Assembly (NCBI GenBank): GCA_963851265.1
Contig: CAWKNZ010000007.1
Location: forward strand, 480,001-544,000
Direction: 5' to 3'
Length of the DNA stretch: 64,000 bases
Origin: an uncultured Gemmatimonadales bacterium
Lineage (GTDB): Bacteria > Gemmatimonadota > Gemmatimonadetes > Gemmatimonadales > Gemmatimonadaceae
Within the stretch, counting starts at the first letter, position 1. Every line of letters begins with the position of its first letter. Below the pieces are notes generated by a model. It ran no database searches and had not been told where the DNA came from. It worked only from the letters and a program-made list of their open reading frames with translations. This document shows, piece by piece, positions 18,578 to 27,212 of this stretch. Position numbers and translations under genes: made by a program.

Positions 18578-20269
18578 TCAGAGGTTGCGGCGGTTGAGCT
18601 CGTTGACGGCGAAGTCCGCCGCGCGCGCCGTGAGCGCCATGTAGGTGAGCGACGGGTTCTGGCACGCGGTCGACGCCATGCACGAGCCGTCGGTGACGAA
18701 CACGTTGGGCGCGTCCCACACCTGGTTGTGGGCGTTGAGCACCGACACCTTCGGGCTCCGCCCCATGCGCGCCGTGCCCATCTCGTGGATGCCCATCCCC
18801 GGGAAGTACTCGCCGTCGAAGGTGTGGACGTTCTTCGCGCCCGCGGCCTCGAGCATCTCGGCCATGTCGCTGATCATGTCCTTGCGCATGAGGCGCTCGT
18901 TCTCGCCGGTGGCGCAGTCGATCTTCAGCACGGGGAGGCCCCAGCGGTCCTTGCGCGTCTCGTCGAGCGTGACCGTGTTCTGGTGGTTGGGGAGCATCTC
19001 GCCGAACGCGGTCGCGCCAAAGGCCCACGCCCCCGGCTCGGCCGCCGTGTCCTTGAACTCGCCGCCGACGCCGAGCTCCGCGACCGCGCGCGACCAGCCG
19101 TCGCGGCTCGCGGCGCCCTCGTAGCCGAAGCCGCGCAGATAGTCGCGCTTCTCGCCCCGCAGGTTGCGGTAGCGCGGGATGTAGATCGCGTTCGGCCGTC
19201 GCCCGGCCTCGATCTTGTCGTCCAGCCCTTCGATCTGGCCGGAGGCGCCGCAGCGGAAGTGGTGGTCCATCAGGTTGTGCCCCAGCTCCCCCGAGCTGCT
19301 GCCCAACCCCCCGGGCCACACGTCGGTAGCGGAGCGGAGGAGGAGCCACGTCGAGTTGAGCGTCGACGCGCAGAGGAAGACGACTTTGGCCGTGTAGTCG
19401 GTCGTCTGATCGGTCACCGCGTCGAGCACGCGCACGCCGGTGGCGCGCCTGCGGTCCTTGTCGTAGAGCACCTCGGTGGCGATCGCGAACGGCCGGAGCG
19501 TGAGGCGCCCCGTGCGCACCGCGGCCGGGAGCGTCGACGATTGCGTGCTGAAGTAGGCGCCGTACGGGCAGCCGAGCCAGCAGGCGTCGCGGTACTGGCA
19601 CGCGTAGCGCCCGGCAAGCGGCTGGGTCAGGTTGGCCGTCCGGCTCGGGATGACCCGCCGCCGGCCGTCGTACAGGTGCATGAGGCGGTCGGCCACCTGC
19701 CGCTCGGCGCAGTTCATCGCCATCGGCGGCTGGAACTCGCCGTCGGGCAGCTGCTCGAGTCCCTCGTGCGACCCGGCGATGCCGGCGAAGCGTTCGACGT
19801 GGCTGTACCACGGCGCGATCTCCGCATACCGGATCGGCCAGTCGGTGCCGACGCCCTGTTTCGCGTTCGCCTCGAAGTCGATGTCGCTGTGGCGGAAGCT
19901 GCAGCGTCCCCACATGAGCGAGCGGCCGCCGACGTGGTAGCCGCGGTACCAGTCGAAGCGCTTGACCTCGGTGTAGGGCGAATCCTTGTCGCTCGCCCAC
20001 CAGTCGAGGTTCTTCTCGTTCAGCGGAAAATCCCGCTTGAGCACGGGGTAGGCGTCTTCCATGGCGGTCGTGGTCCCGCCGCGGTGCGGGTACGCCCAGG
20101 GTGGCTTGGTCGCGTTGACGTAGTCCTTGATGTGCTCGATGTTCTTGCCGCGCTCGAGCAGGAGCACGCGCAGCCCCTTCTCCGTGAGCTCCTTGGCGGC
20201 CCATCCGCCCGAGATGCCGGAGCCGACGACGATGGCGTCGTAGTGCGTGTCCTGCGCGGGGGCGTGCAT
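18578..20269 (-). CDS. GMC family oxidoreductase (glycoside 3-dehydrogenase type)
   Basis: GSGISG FAD motif, VGGRSLMWGR, CxYRDACxxGC, HEMGTARMG, QNPSLTYMALTARA. Confidence 0.92.
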   Translation of the reverse strand: MHAPAQDTHYDAIVVGSGISGGWAAKELTEKGLRVLLLERGKNIEHIKDYVNATKPPWAYPHRGGTTTAMEDAYPVLKRDFPLNEKNLDWWASDKDSPYTEVKRFDWYRGYHVGGRSLMWGRCSFRHSDIDFEANAKQGVGTDWPIRYAEIAPWYSHVERFAGIAGSHEGLEQLPDGEFQPPMAMNCAERQVADRLMHLYDGRRRVIPSRTANLTQPLAGRYACQYRDACWLGCPYGAYFSTQSSTLPAAVRTGRLTLRPFAIATEVLYDKDRRRATGVRVLDAVTDQTTDYTAKVVFLCASTLNSTWLLLRSATDVWPGGLGSSSGELGHNLMDHHFRCGASGQIEGLDDKIEAGRRPNAIYIPRYRNLRGEKRDYLRGFGYEGAASRDGWSRAVAELGVGGEFKDTAAEPGAWAFGATAFGEMLPNHQNTVTLDETRKDRWGLPVLKIDCATGENERLMRKDMISDMAEMLEAAGAKNVHTFDGEYFPGMGIHEMGTARMGRSPKVSVLNAHNQVWDAPNVFVTDGSCMASTACQNPSLTYMALTARAADFAVNELNRRNL

Positions 20270-20432
20270 CGCGGGTGCTCCTGTGTCGAGGCGATCGATC
20301 GCCGCGTCGGGGCGGCGGAATCGTCCGAATATGGCGTGTGACGCGCCGTCGAGCACGCAACGGGGCGGTCCGCCGCGTACGATTGTGCGCGCGCCGCACG
20401 CCCATATCGGCCACCCCGCGACCGGAGGTCAC

Positions 20433-21407
20433 GTGAATCGCTCGACCCGTCTTCGCCTCGCCGCCACCGCCGCCGTGCTCGCGGGCGCGGGCCACCCCAC
20501 GACGGCGTTCGCACAAGCGCGACCGCTGCCGCCCATCGTTGGGCGGTGGGACTTCCGCGTGACGGGCGCCGACGGGGCGTACCCGTCGTGGCTCGAGGTC
20601 ACACCCTCGGGCGACCGCGCGCTCGTCGGGCGGTTCGTCGGGCGCGTCGGGAGCGCGCGGCCGATCTCGCGCGTCGCGTGGGCCGGCGACACGCTCCGGT
20701 TCGCGATTCCGCCGCAGTGGGAGTCCGGCGACGGCGACCTGCGCGTCGAGGGCACGTTCGCGGCCGACGGCGGCGGCCGGCTGTCGGGCACGCTCGTCAC
20801 CCCCGACGGCGCGCGCCAGGCGTGGACGGCCGCGCGCGCGCCGGCGCTCCTCCCCGCGGGCGCGCCGCGGTGGGGCGCGCCCGTCGCGCTGTTCGACGGC
20901 CGGAGCCTCGCGGGCTGGGATGCGCGCGGCGGCGAGAACCGCTGGCGCGCCGCGAACGGCGTGCTGACCAACCCGGGCGGCGGCGCCAACCTCGCCACGA
21001 CGCGAACGTTCGGCGACTTCAAACTGCACCTGGAGTTCCGCTACCCGCCCGGGAGCAACAGCGGCGTGTACCTGCGCGGCCGCTACGAGGTGCAGATCGA
21101 GGACGACGAGGAGACGCGCCGCGATCAGGAGCCCGCGCTCGTCGACATCGGCGGCGTCTACGGCTTTCTGGCGCCGACCAGCTACGCGGCGCGCCCGCCC
21201 GGCACCTGGCAGAGCTACGACCTCACCTTCGTGGGGCGTCGCGTCACGGTCGTGCTGAACGGGCGCACGGTGATTGCGGAGCAGACCATCCCCGGCATCA
21301 CCGGCGGCGCGCTCGACAGCGACGAGGGCGCGCCGGGGCCGATCGTGCTGCAGGGCGACCACGGCCGCATCGAGTACCGGAACCTCGTCCTCACGCCGGC
21401 GCGTTAG
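20433..21407 (+). CDS. DUF1080 (3-keto-disaccharide hydrolase family) secreted protein
   Basis: GGAGG RBS plus GTG, signal peptide, LFDGRSLAGW, NSGVYLRGRYEVQI, LQGDHG. Confidence 0.88.
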   Translation: MNRSTRLRLAATAAVLAGAGHPTTAFAQARPLPPIVGRWDFRVTGADGAYPSWLEVTPSGDRALVGRFVGRVGSARPISRVAWAGDTLRFAIPPQWESGDGDLRVEGTFAADGGGRLSGTLVTPDGARQAWTAARAPALLPAGAPRWGAPVALFDGRSLAGWDARGGENRWRAANGVLTNPGGGANLATTRTFGDFKLHLEFRYPPGSNSGVYLRGRYEVQIEDDEETRRDQEPALVDIGGVYGFLAPTSYAARPPGTWQSYDLTFVGRRVTVVLNGRTVIAEQTIPGITGGALDSDEGAPGPIVLQGDHGRIEYRNLVLTPAR

Positions 21408-21479
21408 GCCGTGACCCGTCGACCCCGATGGGCCGGGGCGGCGCGGCACCACACGTCATCACAGCGGAGGAGTCAGCAC

Positions 21480-21842
21480 ATGGCAGATTCGCAGCAGAGC
21501 CCGATGGATCGGGCGGACGGGCGCGACATGACGCCGATCGGCGGGACGACGGCGGGCGTGCAGCCGGGCTCGGACCCGACGCGCACCGGCGGCATCGGGA
21601 CGCCCGGGGCGGAGTTGGGCGTGCCGACGCCGGGGACCGTCGATCCGCGCGGCGCGCCCGCGCCGACGCCCACGGGCGACGTCGGGATGGGCGGCGACCC
21701 CGCCGACGTCGGGACGCAGGTGGACGGCGCCTACGGCGGCGACGGTGGCGGCACCGGCGCCGCGGGCGGACTCGGCGGGCCCGACGTGGTCGGCGGCGTC
21801 GGGGGCTCGCTCGGGGGGATGAGCGGCGGCATGAGCATGTAA
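21480..21842 (+). CDS. Small Gly/Pro/Thr-rich, probably disordered hypothetical protein
   Basis: GGAGGAG RBS, 120-aa ORF with GC-rich third positions. Confidence 0.65.
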   Translation: MADSQQSPMDRADGRDMTPIGGTTAGVQPGSDPTRTGGIGTPGAELGVPTPGTVDPRGAPAPTPTGDVGMGGDPADVGTQVDGAYGGDGGGTGAAGGLGGPDVVGGVGGSLGGMSGGMSM

Positions 21843-21870
21843 CCGGCCGGCCGCGTCTGCCGCGCGGCGC

Positions 21871-22755
21871 TCAGTACCGGAGCGCCGCGAGGTAGGCGTG
21901 GTCCCGGCGCGCGCTGTCGATCGGCGCGCCGGGGTAGCTCTCCTGCTCGACGTACACGTACTTATGGTCGAGGGGCCCGGCGAGCGCGAGGATCTTCCGG
22001 AAGTCGACGATCCCCTTGCCGAGTTCGGCGTCGTGTTCGGCGCCGAGTCGGGTCGCGTCCTTCAGGTGAAAGAGCCAGTAACGGTCGGCGTGCGCCCGCA
22101 TGTAGTCGAGCGGGTCGCGCCCGCCGAGCGCGGCGTTGCCGGTGTCGAGTTGCAGGCGCACCCGCGCCGGATCGGTTCGCTCGACGAGCACGTCGTATGG
22201 GATCTGCCCGTCGATGGGCGCGAAGTTCTCGGCCTCGTCGTGAAAGCCGAGCCAGAGACCCGCGCCGCGCACCGTTTCGCCCGCCGCGTTCAGCCGATCC
22301 GCCCAGCGGCGGTAGTCGTCGAGCGTGGCCCGCCCGGTCTCGAGCGGCAGCGACGCGACGACCACGTACTCGTGCCCGAGCGTGTGCGCGTCGGCGAGCA
22401 GGCGTGGGAGGTCGCCGAGCGCCTCGGTCGAGATGTGGGTGGAGGGCGCGCGCAGGTGCAGCGAATCGAGCGTCTGCCGCAGGCGAGCCGGGGGCATCCC
22501 GAAGTTCTGCATCGAGTCGAGCAGCTCGACGTCCTGGTAGCCCGCAGCGGCGATCTCGCCGAGGGTGCGCGTCAGGTCCGCGCGTGCGGCGTCGCGCAGG
22601 CTGTAGAGCTGCAGGCCGATGCGCGCGACGCGCCGCGTGGGCGCGGGCGCATCGCCGAGCGCGGCCGGAAGGGCGGCCCGGAGGGCGGAGGTGCGCAGAA
22701 CCGCTGGAAGAGCGAGCGCGGCGCCGAGGGCGCGGACGACGGTACGACGGTGCAT
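21871..22755 (-). CDS. Sugar phosphate isomerase/epimerase (TIM barrel) with Tat signal
   Basis: MHRRTVV signal, [25 protein letters not shown]. Confidence 0.88.
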   Translation of the reverse strand: MHRRTVVRALGAALALPAVLRTSALRAALPAALGDAPAPTRRVARIGLQLYSLRDAARADLTRTLGEIAAAGYQDVELLDSMQNFGMPPARLRQTLDSLHLRAPSTHISTEALGDLPRLLADAHTLGHEYVVVASLPLETGRATLDDYRRWADRLNAAGETVRGAGLWLGFHDEAENFAPIDGQIPYDVLVERTDPARVRLQLDTGNAALGGRDPLDYMRAHADRYWLFHLKDATRLGAEHDAELGKGIVDFRKILALAGPLDHKYVYVEQESYPGAPIDSARRDHAYLAALRY

Positions 22756-22832
22756 CGGCAATCTCCGGCGAGGAGGGGGCGGACGTGGCGAGGCGTGGGC
22801 TCACACTACGCGGCGGCACAGCTCGGCGCGAG

Positions 22833-22861
22833 TTGACACGTGTACGGCCCGCGGGCATACT
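22833..22861 (+). promoter_or_regulatory. Sigma70-type promoter upstream of fae
   Basis: TTGACA (22833-22838), 17-nt spacer, CATACT (22856-22861). Confidence 0.6.
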
Positions 22862-23104
22862 GGCCTGCCCCGACCCGGCCCGCGGCGCGTGCGCGCGGAG
22901 GTGCGGGGCCGGCGACCCCGGCGCGTCGTGCCTAACGAGCACGCGGCGGGCCGCCGGAGGGGGCTACCCGCCGGCCGAGGGCCGGCGGGACCGCGCGGGC
23001 GGCCGCAGGGGCGGCCGGGCCGCGCTGCTCCGTCGGAGGGAAGACGCGCGGGTCACGGGTGGGCCCGCGTCCCACCCCACGCTTTCCACACGGAGGATCG
23101 TCCC

Positions 23105-23674
23105 ATGGCGCAGGACTTCTTCATCGGCGAGTCGCTCGTCGGCGACGGCAACGAGGTCGCGCACATCGACCTCATCATCGGCTCCAAGTCGGGGCCGGCG
23201 GGGCAGGCGTTCGTGAACGCCCTCTCCAACCAGAAGGACGGGTTCTCGACGCTCCTCGCGGTGGTCACGCCCAACCTGCCCGCCAAGCCCGACACCATCC
23301 TGTTCAACAAGGTCACGATCAAGGGCGCGAAGCAGGCCGTGCAGATGTTCGGCCCGGCGCAGGCGGCCGTCGCGCGTGCGGTGGTCGACGCGGTCGAGTC
23401 GGGGGTGATACCGCAGGACAAGACGGACGACTACTGCATCCTCGTCGGCGTGTTCATCCACTGGCAGGCCGAGGATGATCAGAAGATCTACGATTACAAC
23501 TACCAGGCGACGAAGGAGTCGATCGCGCGCGCCCTGAGCGGACAGCCGAAGGCGGCCGACGTGGTGCAGCAGGCCAAGACCGCGGCGCACCCCTTCGCGG
23601 GCGGTGCGGAGCGGAAGCGCGGCGAGTCGCAGGGCGCGGCCGGGCAGGAGCAGATGCAGGGCGCGAACATCTGA
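23105..23674 (+). CDS. fae: Formaldehyde-activating enzyme
   Basis: [67 protein letters not shown]. Confidence 0.97.
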   Translation: MAQDFFIGESLVGDGNEVAHIDLIIGSKSGPAGQAFVNALSNQKDGFSTLLAVVTPNLPAKPDTILFNKVTIKGAKQAVQMFGPAQAAVARAVVDAVESGVIPQDKTDDYCILVGVFIHWQAEDDQKIYDYNYQATKESIARALSGQPKAADVVQQAKTAAHPFAGGAERKRGESQGAAGQEQMQGANI

Positions 23675-23708
23675 CGCCGCGCACGCGGGCGGCGGGAGCG
23701 GCGGGCCG

Positions 23709-24617
23709 ATGCTGAAGCTGCTGTTGCAACTGGACAGCTCGCCGCTGCCGAGCGTGTTCGACCAGGTGGTCGCGTACGACGCCGGCGCGGACCGCGTGCT
23801 GAGCTACGGCGGCGTGACCGAGTCGGCCGTGCGCGACCTCGTGCACGGCCTGTTGTTCACGCGCGGGCCGAAGGATCTGCACCACAGCGCGGTGTGGATC
23901 GGCGGGTCCGACGTGGGCGCGGGCGAGCGTCTGCTGGCCGCGGTTCGGGCGGCGTGCTTCGGCCCGTTTCGCGTGTCGGTGATGCTCGACTCGAACGGGT
24001 CGAACACCACCGCGGCCGCCGCGGTGACGCGCATCGCCGCGGCGGCCGGCGGCGTGCGCGGGCGGCGCGTGGTGATCACGGCGGGCACGGGCCCGGTCGG
24101 CGCGCGGGCGGCGGGATTGTTCGCGGCCGCGGGCGCCGACGTCACGATCACGTCGCGACGTGCGGACGAGAGCGATCGGGTCGCGGCGGCGGTGCGCGCG
24201 CGGTTTGCCGCTGACGGCGGCGGCAGCGTTCGCGCGGTGACGATGCGCGACCCGTCGGAAGCCGCCGCGGTGCTCGACCGGGCGGAGCTGCTGCTGAACG
24301 CCGGGCCCACGGGGGTGACGCTCGTGCCGCGCGCGGCGTGGGCGGGGCGCGCCGGACTGCGCGTGGCCGCCGACCTCAACGCGGTGCCTCCGTTCGGCAT
24401 CGACGGGATCGAGCCGGGCGACGCGGGCAGCGAACGCGACGGTACCGCGACCTTCGGCGCGCTCGGCGTGGGCGGGTTCAAGATGAAGGTGCACCGCGCG
24501 TGCGTGGCGCGGCTGTTCGCGCGGAACGACCTCGTGCTCGACGCCGAATCGATCGCGGAGGTCGCGCGCGAGCTGGCGGGCGGCGCGCCGGCGGTCGGCA
24601 CGCCCGCGGGCGCGTAG
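23709..24617 (+). CDS. mtd: NAD(P)-dependent methylene-H4MPT dehydrogenase, MtdA/MtdC type
   Basis: PSVFDQVVAYDAGAD, FTRG, FGPFRVSVMLDSNGSNTTAAA, GTGPVG, DLNAVPPFGI, FGALGVGG.KMKVHRAC. Confidence 0.93.
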   Translation: MLKLLLQLDSSPLPSVFDQVVAYDAGADRVLSYGGVTESAVRDLVHGLLFTRGPKDLHHSAVWIGGSDVGAGERLLAAVRAACFGPFRVSVMLDSNGSNTTAAAAVTRIAAAAGGVRGRRVVITAGTGPVGARAAGLFAAAGADVTITSRRADESDRVAAAVRARFAADGGGSVRAVTMRDPSEAAAVLDRAELLLNAGPTGVTLVPRAAWAGRAGLRVAADLNAVPPFGIDGIEPGDAGSERDGTATFGALGVGGFKMKVHRACVARLFARNDLVLDAESIAEVARELAGGAPAVGTPAGA

Positions 24618-24621
24618 GGCA

Positions 24622-25782
24622 GTGCCGCACGTGCTGCTGGCCGGCGTCTCGACGCGCGCGGTGGCCGAGTCGGCGGCGCGGACGGGATTCCGCGTGACTG
24701 CGCTCGACGCGTTCGCCGACCTCGATCAGCACGCGGGCGTGCGTGCCAGCGCGGTGGCGGGCGAGGCCGGCGGGCGGTACACGGCGGGCGCCGCGGCGCG
24801 GGCGGGGGGCGCGATCGCCTGCGACGCGGTCGCATACGTGTCGGATTTCGAGAACCACGCCTCCGCGGTGCGCACGCTCGCGCGCGGGCGGGCGCTGTGG
24901 GGGAATCCGCCCGCGGTGCTCGCCCGCGTGCGAGCGCCCGGCGCGCTGGCCGTCGCGCTGCGCGCGCGCGGCCACGCAGCGCCGGCAACCGCCACAGCCG
25001 AGCACGCGGGCGCGGCGGCGGCGCGGTGGCTCGTCAAGCCGCACGCGTCCGGGGGCGGGCGCGGCGTTCGATCGTGGCGGCGCGACACGGGCGTGCCGCG
25101 CGGGTGCTCGTTGCAGGAGTACGTCGACGGTGTGCCCGGCTCGGTCGTCTTCGTCGCCGACGGCCGGCGCGCCGTGGTCCTGGGAATGTCGCGGCAGCTC
25201 GTCGGCGAGGGGGCATTCGGCGCGCGTGGCTTCCGGTATTGCGGCAGCGTTCTCGCCGGCGCGGGTGACGCGCAGTTCGCGGCCGATTGCGCCCTGCTGG
25301 CGGCAGCGGCCGGCCTCGCCGACGCCGCGACCGACGCGTTCGGGCTCGTGGGCGTGAACGGCGTCGATTTCATCGCCTGCGACGGCGTGCCGCACGCGAT
25401 CGAGGTGAACCCGCGCTACACGGCGTCGATGGAGTTGGTCGAGCACGCGTACGGGGTCAGCGTCTTCGGCGCCCACGCGGCGGCGTGCGCGGGGGGAGCG
25501 CTCCCCGCGTTCGACGTCCGTGCGGCGCGGCGCGGGGCGCGGGCGACGGGGAAGGCGGTGCTCTTCGCGCCGCGCGCGCTCGTCGCCGGCGACACCCGCC
25601 CGTGGCTCGACGACCCGAGCGTGCGCGACGTGCCGCGCCCGGGACAGCCGATCCCGGCGGGCGGGCCGGTGTGCACCGTGTTCGCCGACGGGACGGACGC
25701 CGCGGCGTGCCGCGACGCGCTCGTGCGTCGCGCGCGGGCCGTGTACGACGCGTTAGGCGTGCCGGAGCGCGCGGCCGCGTGA
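24622..25782 (+). CDS. ATP-grasp protein, OrfY (MyfB)-like
   Basis: STRAVAESA, DAFADLD, VKP..SGGG.G, QEYV.G, IEVNPR; sits directly after mtd as orfY does in methylotroph clusters. Confidence 0.8.
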   Translation: MPHVLLAGVSTRAVAESAARTGFRVTALDAFADLDQHAGVRASAVAGEAGGRYTAGAAARAGGAIACDAVAYVSDFENHASAVRTLARGRALWGNPPAVLARVRAPGALAVALRARGHAAPATATAEHAGAAAARWLVKPHASGGGRGVRSWRRDTGVPRGCSLQEYVDGVPGSVVFVADGRRAVVLGMSRQLVGEGAFGARGFRYCGSVLAGAGDAQFAADCALLAAAAGLADAATDAFGLVGVNGVDFIACDGVPHAIEVNPRYTASMELVEHAYGVSVFGAHAAACAGGALPAFDVRAARRGARATGKAVLFAPRALVAGDTRPWLDDPSVRDVPRPGQPIPAGGPVCTVFADGTDAAACRDALVRRARAVYDALGVPERAAA

Positions 25783-27212
25783 CCGCGCCGCGCGCTCCGC
25801 GCACCGACGCGACGGTCGCCGCGGGCGACCGGGTAGTCGCGCCCGCCGTCTGCCTGGGCTGCGGCTGCGCGTGCGACGACATCGAGGTCGTCGTCTCCCG
25901 CGATCGCGTCGTCGACGCGCGCCGCGCGTGTGCGCTCGGGGTCGCGTGGTTCGGGGACGGGCGCGTCCCGGCGCGCGCGCTCGTCGCCGGGCGCCCGGCG
26001 ACGGCGGACGCCGCCATCGTGGCGGCGGCGGAGATGCTCGCCGCCGCGCGCCGTCCGCTCGTCTACCTCGCGCCCGAGTTGTCGTGCGAGGCGCAGGGCG
26101 AGGCGATCGCGCTGGCCGACCTGCTGCGCGCAGCCGTCGACGGCGTCACCGGGGACACCGCGATCGGGGCGATCGTCGCGGCGCAGGAGCGCGGGCGGGC
26201 CGGCGCGACGCTGGGCGAGGTGCGCAACCGCGCGGACGTGCTGCTCTACTGGGCCGTCGACCCCGCCGACCGGTACCCGCGCTACCCGTCGCGCTACGCG
26301 CCGGAGCCCGCGGGGCTCGCCGTCCCCGACGGCCGGCGGTCGCGCACGGTGATCGCGGTCGACGTCGGCGCGGCACGCGGTCCGGCCGACGCGGACGTGC
26401 GCGTGGACGTCGCGCCTGCCGACGAGGTCGCGGTGCTCACCGCCCTGCGCGCTCTAGCCGATGGCGGCGCGGTGAGCGCGGCCGCCGCGGACGACGGGCC
26501 CGCGTGGGCCGCGGCGCGCGCCATCGCCCCGCGGCTGCACGCGGCGCGCTACGTCGCGATCGTGCACGACGCGGAGCCGGGCGGCGGCGGCGGACCCGCG
26601 CGCGACCCGGGGCTCGCGGGCGCTCTCGTCGCACTCTCCCTCGCCCTCAACGGGCCCACGCGGTGTGCGCTCAGCACCCTGCGCGCGGGCGGCAACCGGT
26701 CCGGCGCGGACGCCGTGCTCACGTCGCAGACCGGCTATCCCGCGGCGGTCGACTTCGCGCGCGGCTACCCGCGGTACACGCCGCACGACGCCGCGGCGGC
26801 CCGGCTCGCGCGCGGCGCGGTCGACGCGGTACTCGTCGTGGGCGACGTCGGCGGCATCCCACCGGCCGTGGCCGACGCGTTAGGCGCTGGAACCGACGCG
26901 CGCTCGGGCACGGGGCCGTCGGGCGCTGCACGCTCGACCATCGCGCACGCCGTGGTCGGCCCGCACGCGACCGCGCGCGCGTCGACCGGCGCGGTCGCGG
27001 CGATCGACACGGGGGTGGCCGGCGTTCACGAAGCGGGCACCGCGTTCCGCATGGACGACGTCCCGCTCCCGCTCCGCCCGTCGATGGACGCGTGGGCGGG
27101 GCGCCCGCCCGACGCGCGCGCGACCGTTCGGGCGTTGCTCGCGTACGTGGCGCCGCTCGTCCGCGTGCGCGACGCGGCGGCGCGCCGCGCGGGGCTGGCG
27201 GCGGTCCGATGA
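25779..27212 (+). CDS. fhcB: Formyltransferase/hydrolase complex subunit B (FwdB homologue)
   Basis: CLGCGCACDD, TLGEVRNRAD, QTGYPAAVDF, GTAFRMDDVPL. Confidence 0.9.
   Translation: MTAPRAPRTDATVAAGDRVVAPAVCLGCGCACDDIEVVVSRDRVVDARRACALGVAWFGDGRVPARALVAGRPATADAAIVAAAEMLAAARRPLVYLAPELSCEAQGEAIALADLLRAAVDGVTGDTAIGAIVAAQERGRAGATLGEVRNRADVLLYWAVDPADRYPRYPSRYAPEPAGLAVPDGRRSRTVIAVDVGAARGPADADVRVDVAPADEVAVLTALRALADGGAVSAAAADDGPAWAAARAIAPRLHAARYVAIVHDAEPGGGGGPARDPGLAGALVALSLALNGPTRCALSTLRAGGNRSGADAVLTSQTGYPAAVDFARGYPRYTPHDAAAARLARGAVDAVLVVGDVGGIPPAVADALGAGTDARSGTGPSGAARSTIAHAVVGPHATARASTGAVAAIDTGVAGVHEAGTAFRMDDVPLPLRPSMDAWAGRPPDARATVRALLAYVAPLVRVRDAAARRAGLAAVR

Noticed and set aside
18225..21452. Very long alternative-frame ORFs (e.g. 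18225-21452, 13524-16166, 7097-9676, 60600-62990)
   Set aside because: Arg/Ala/Pro-rich shadow frames overlapping well-supported genes, expected at this GC content
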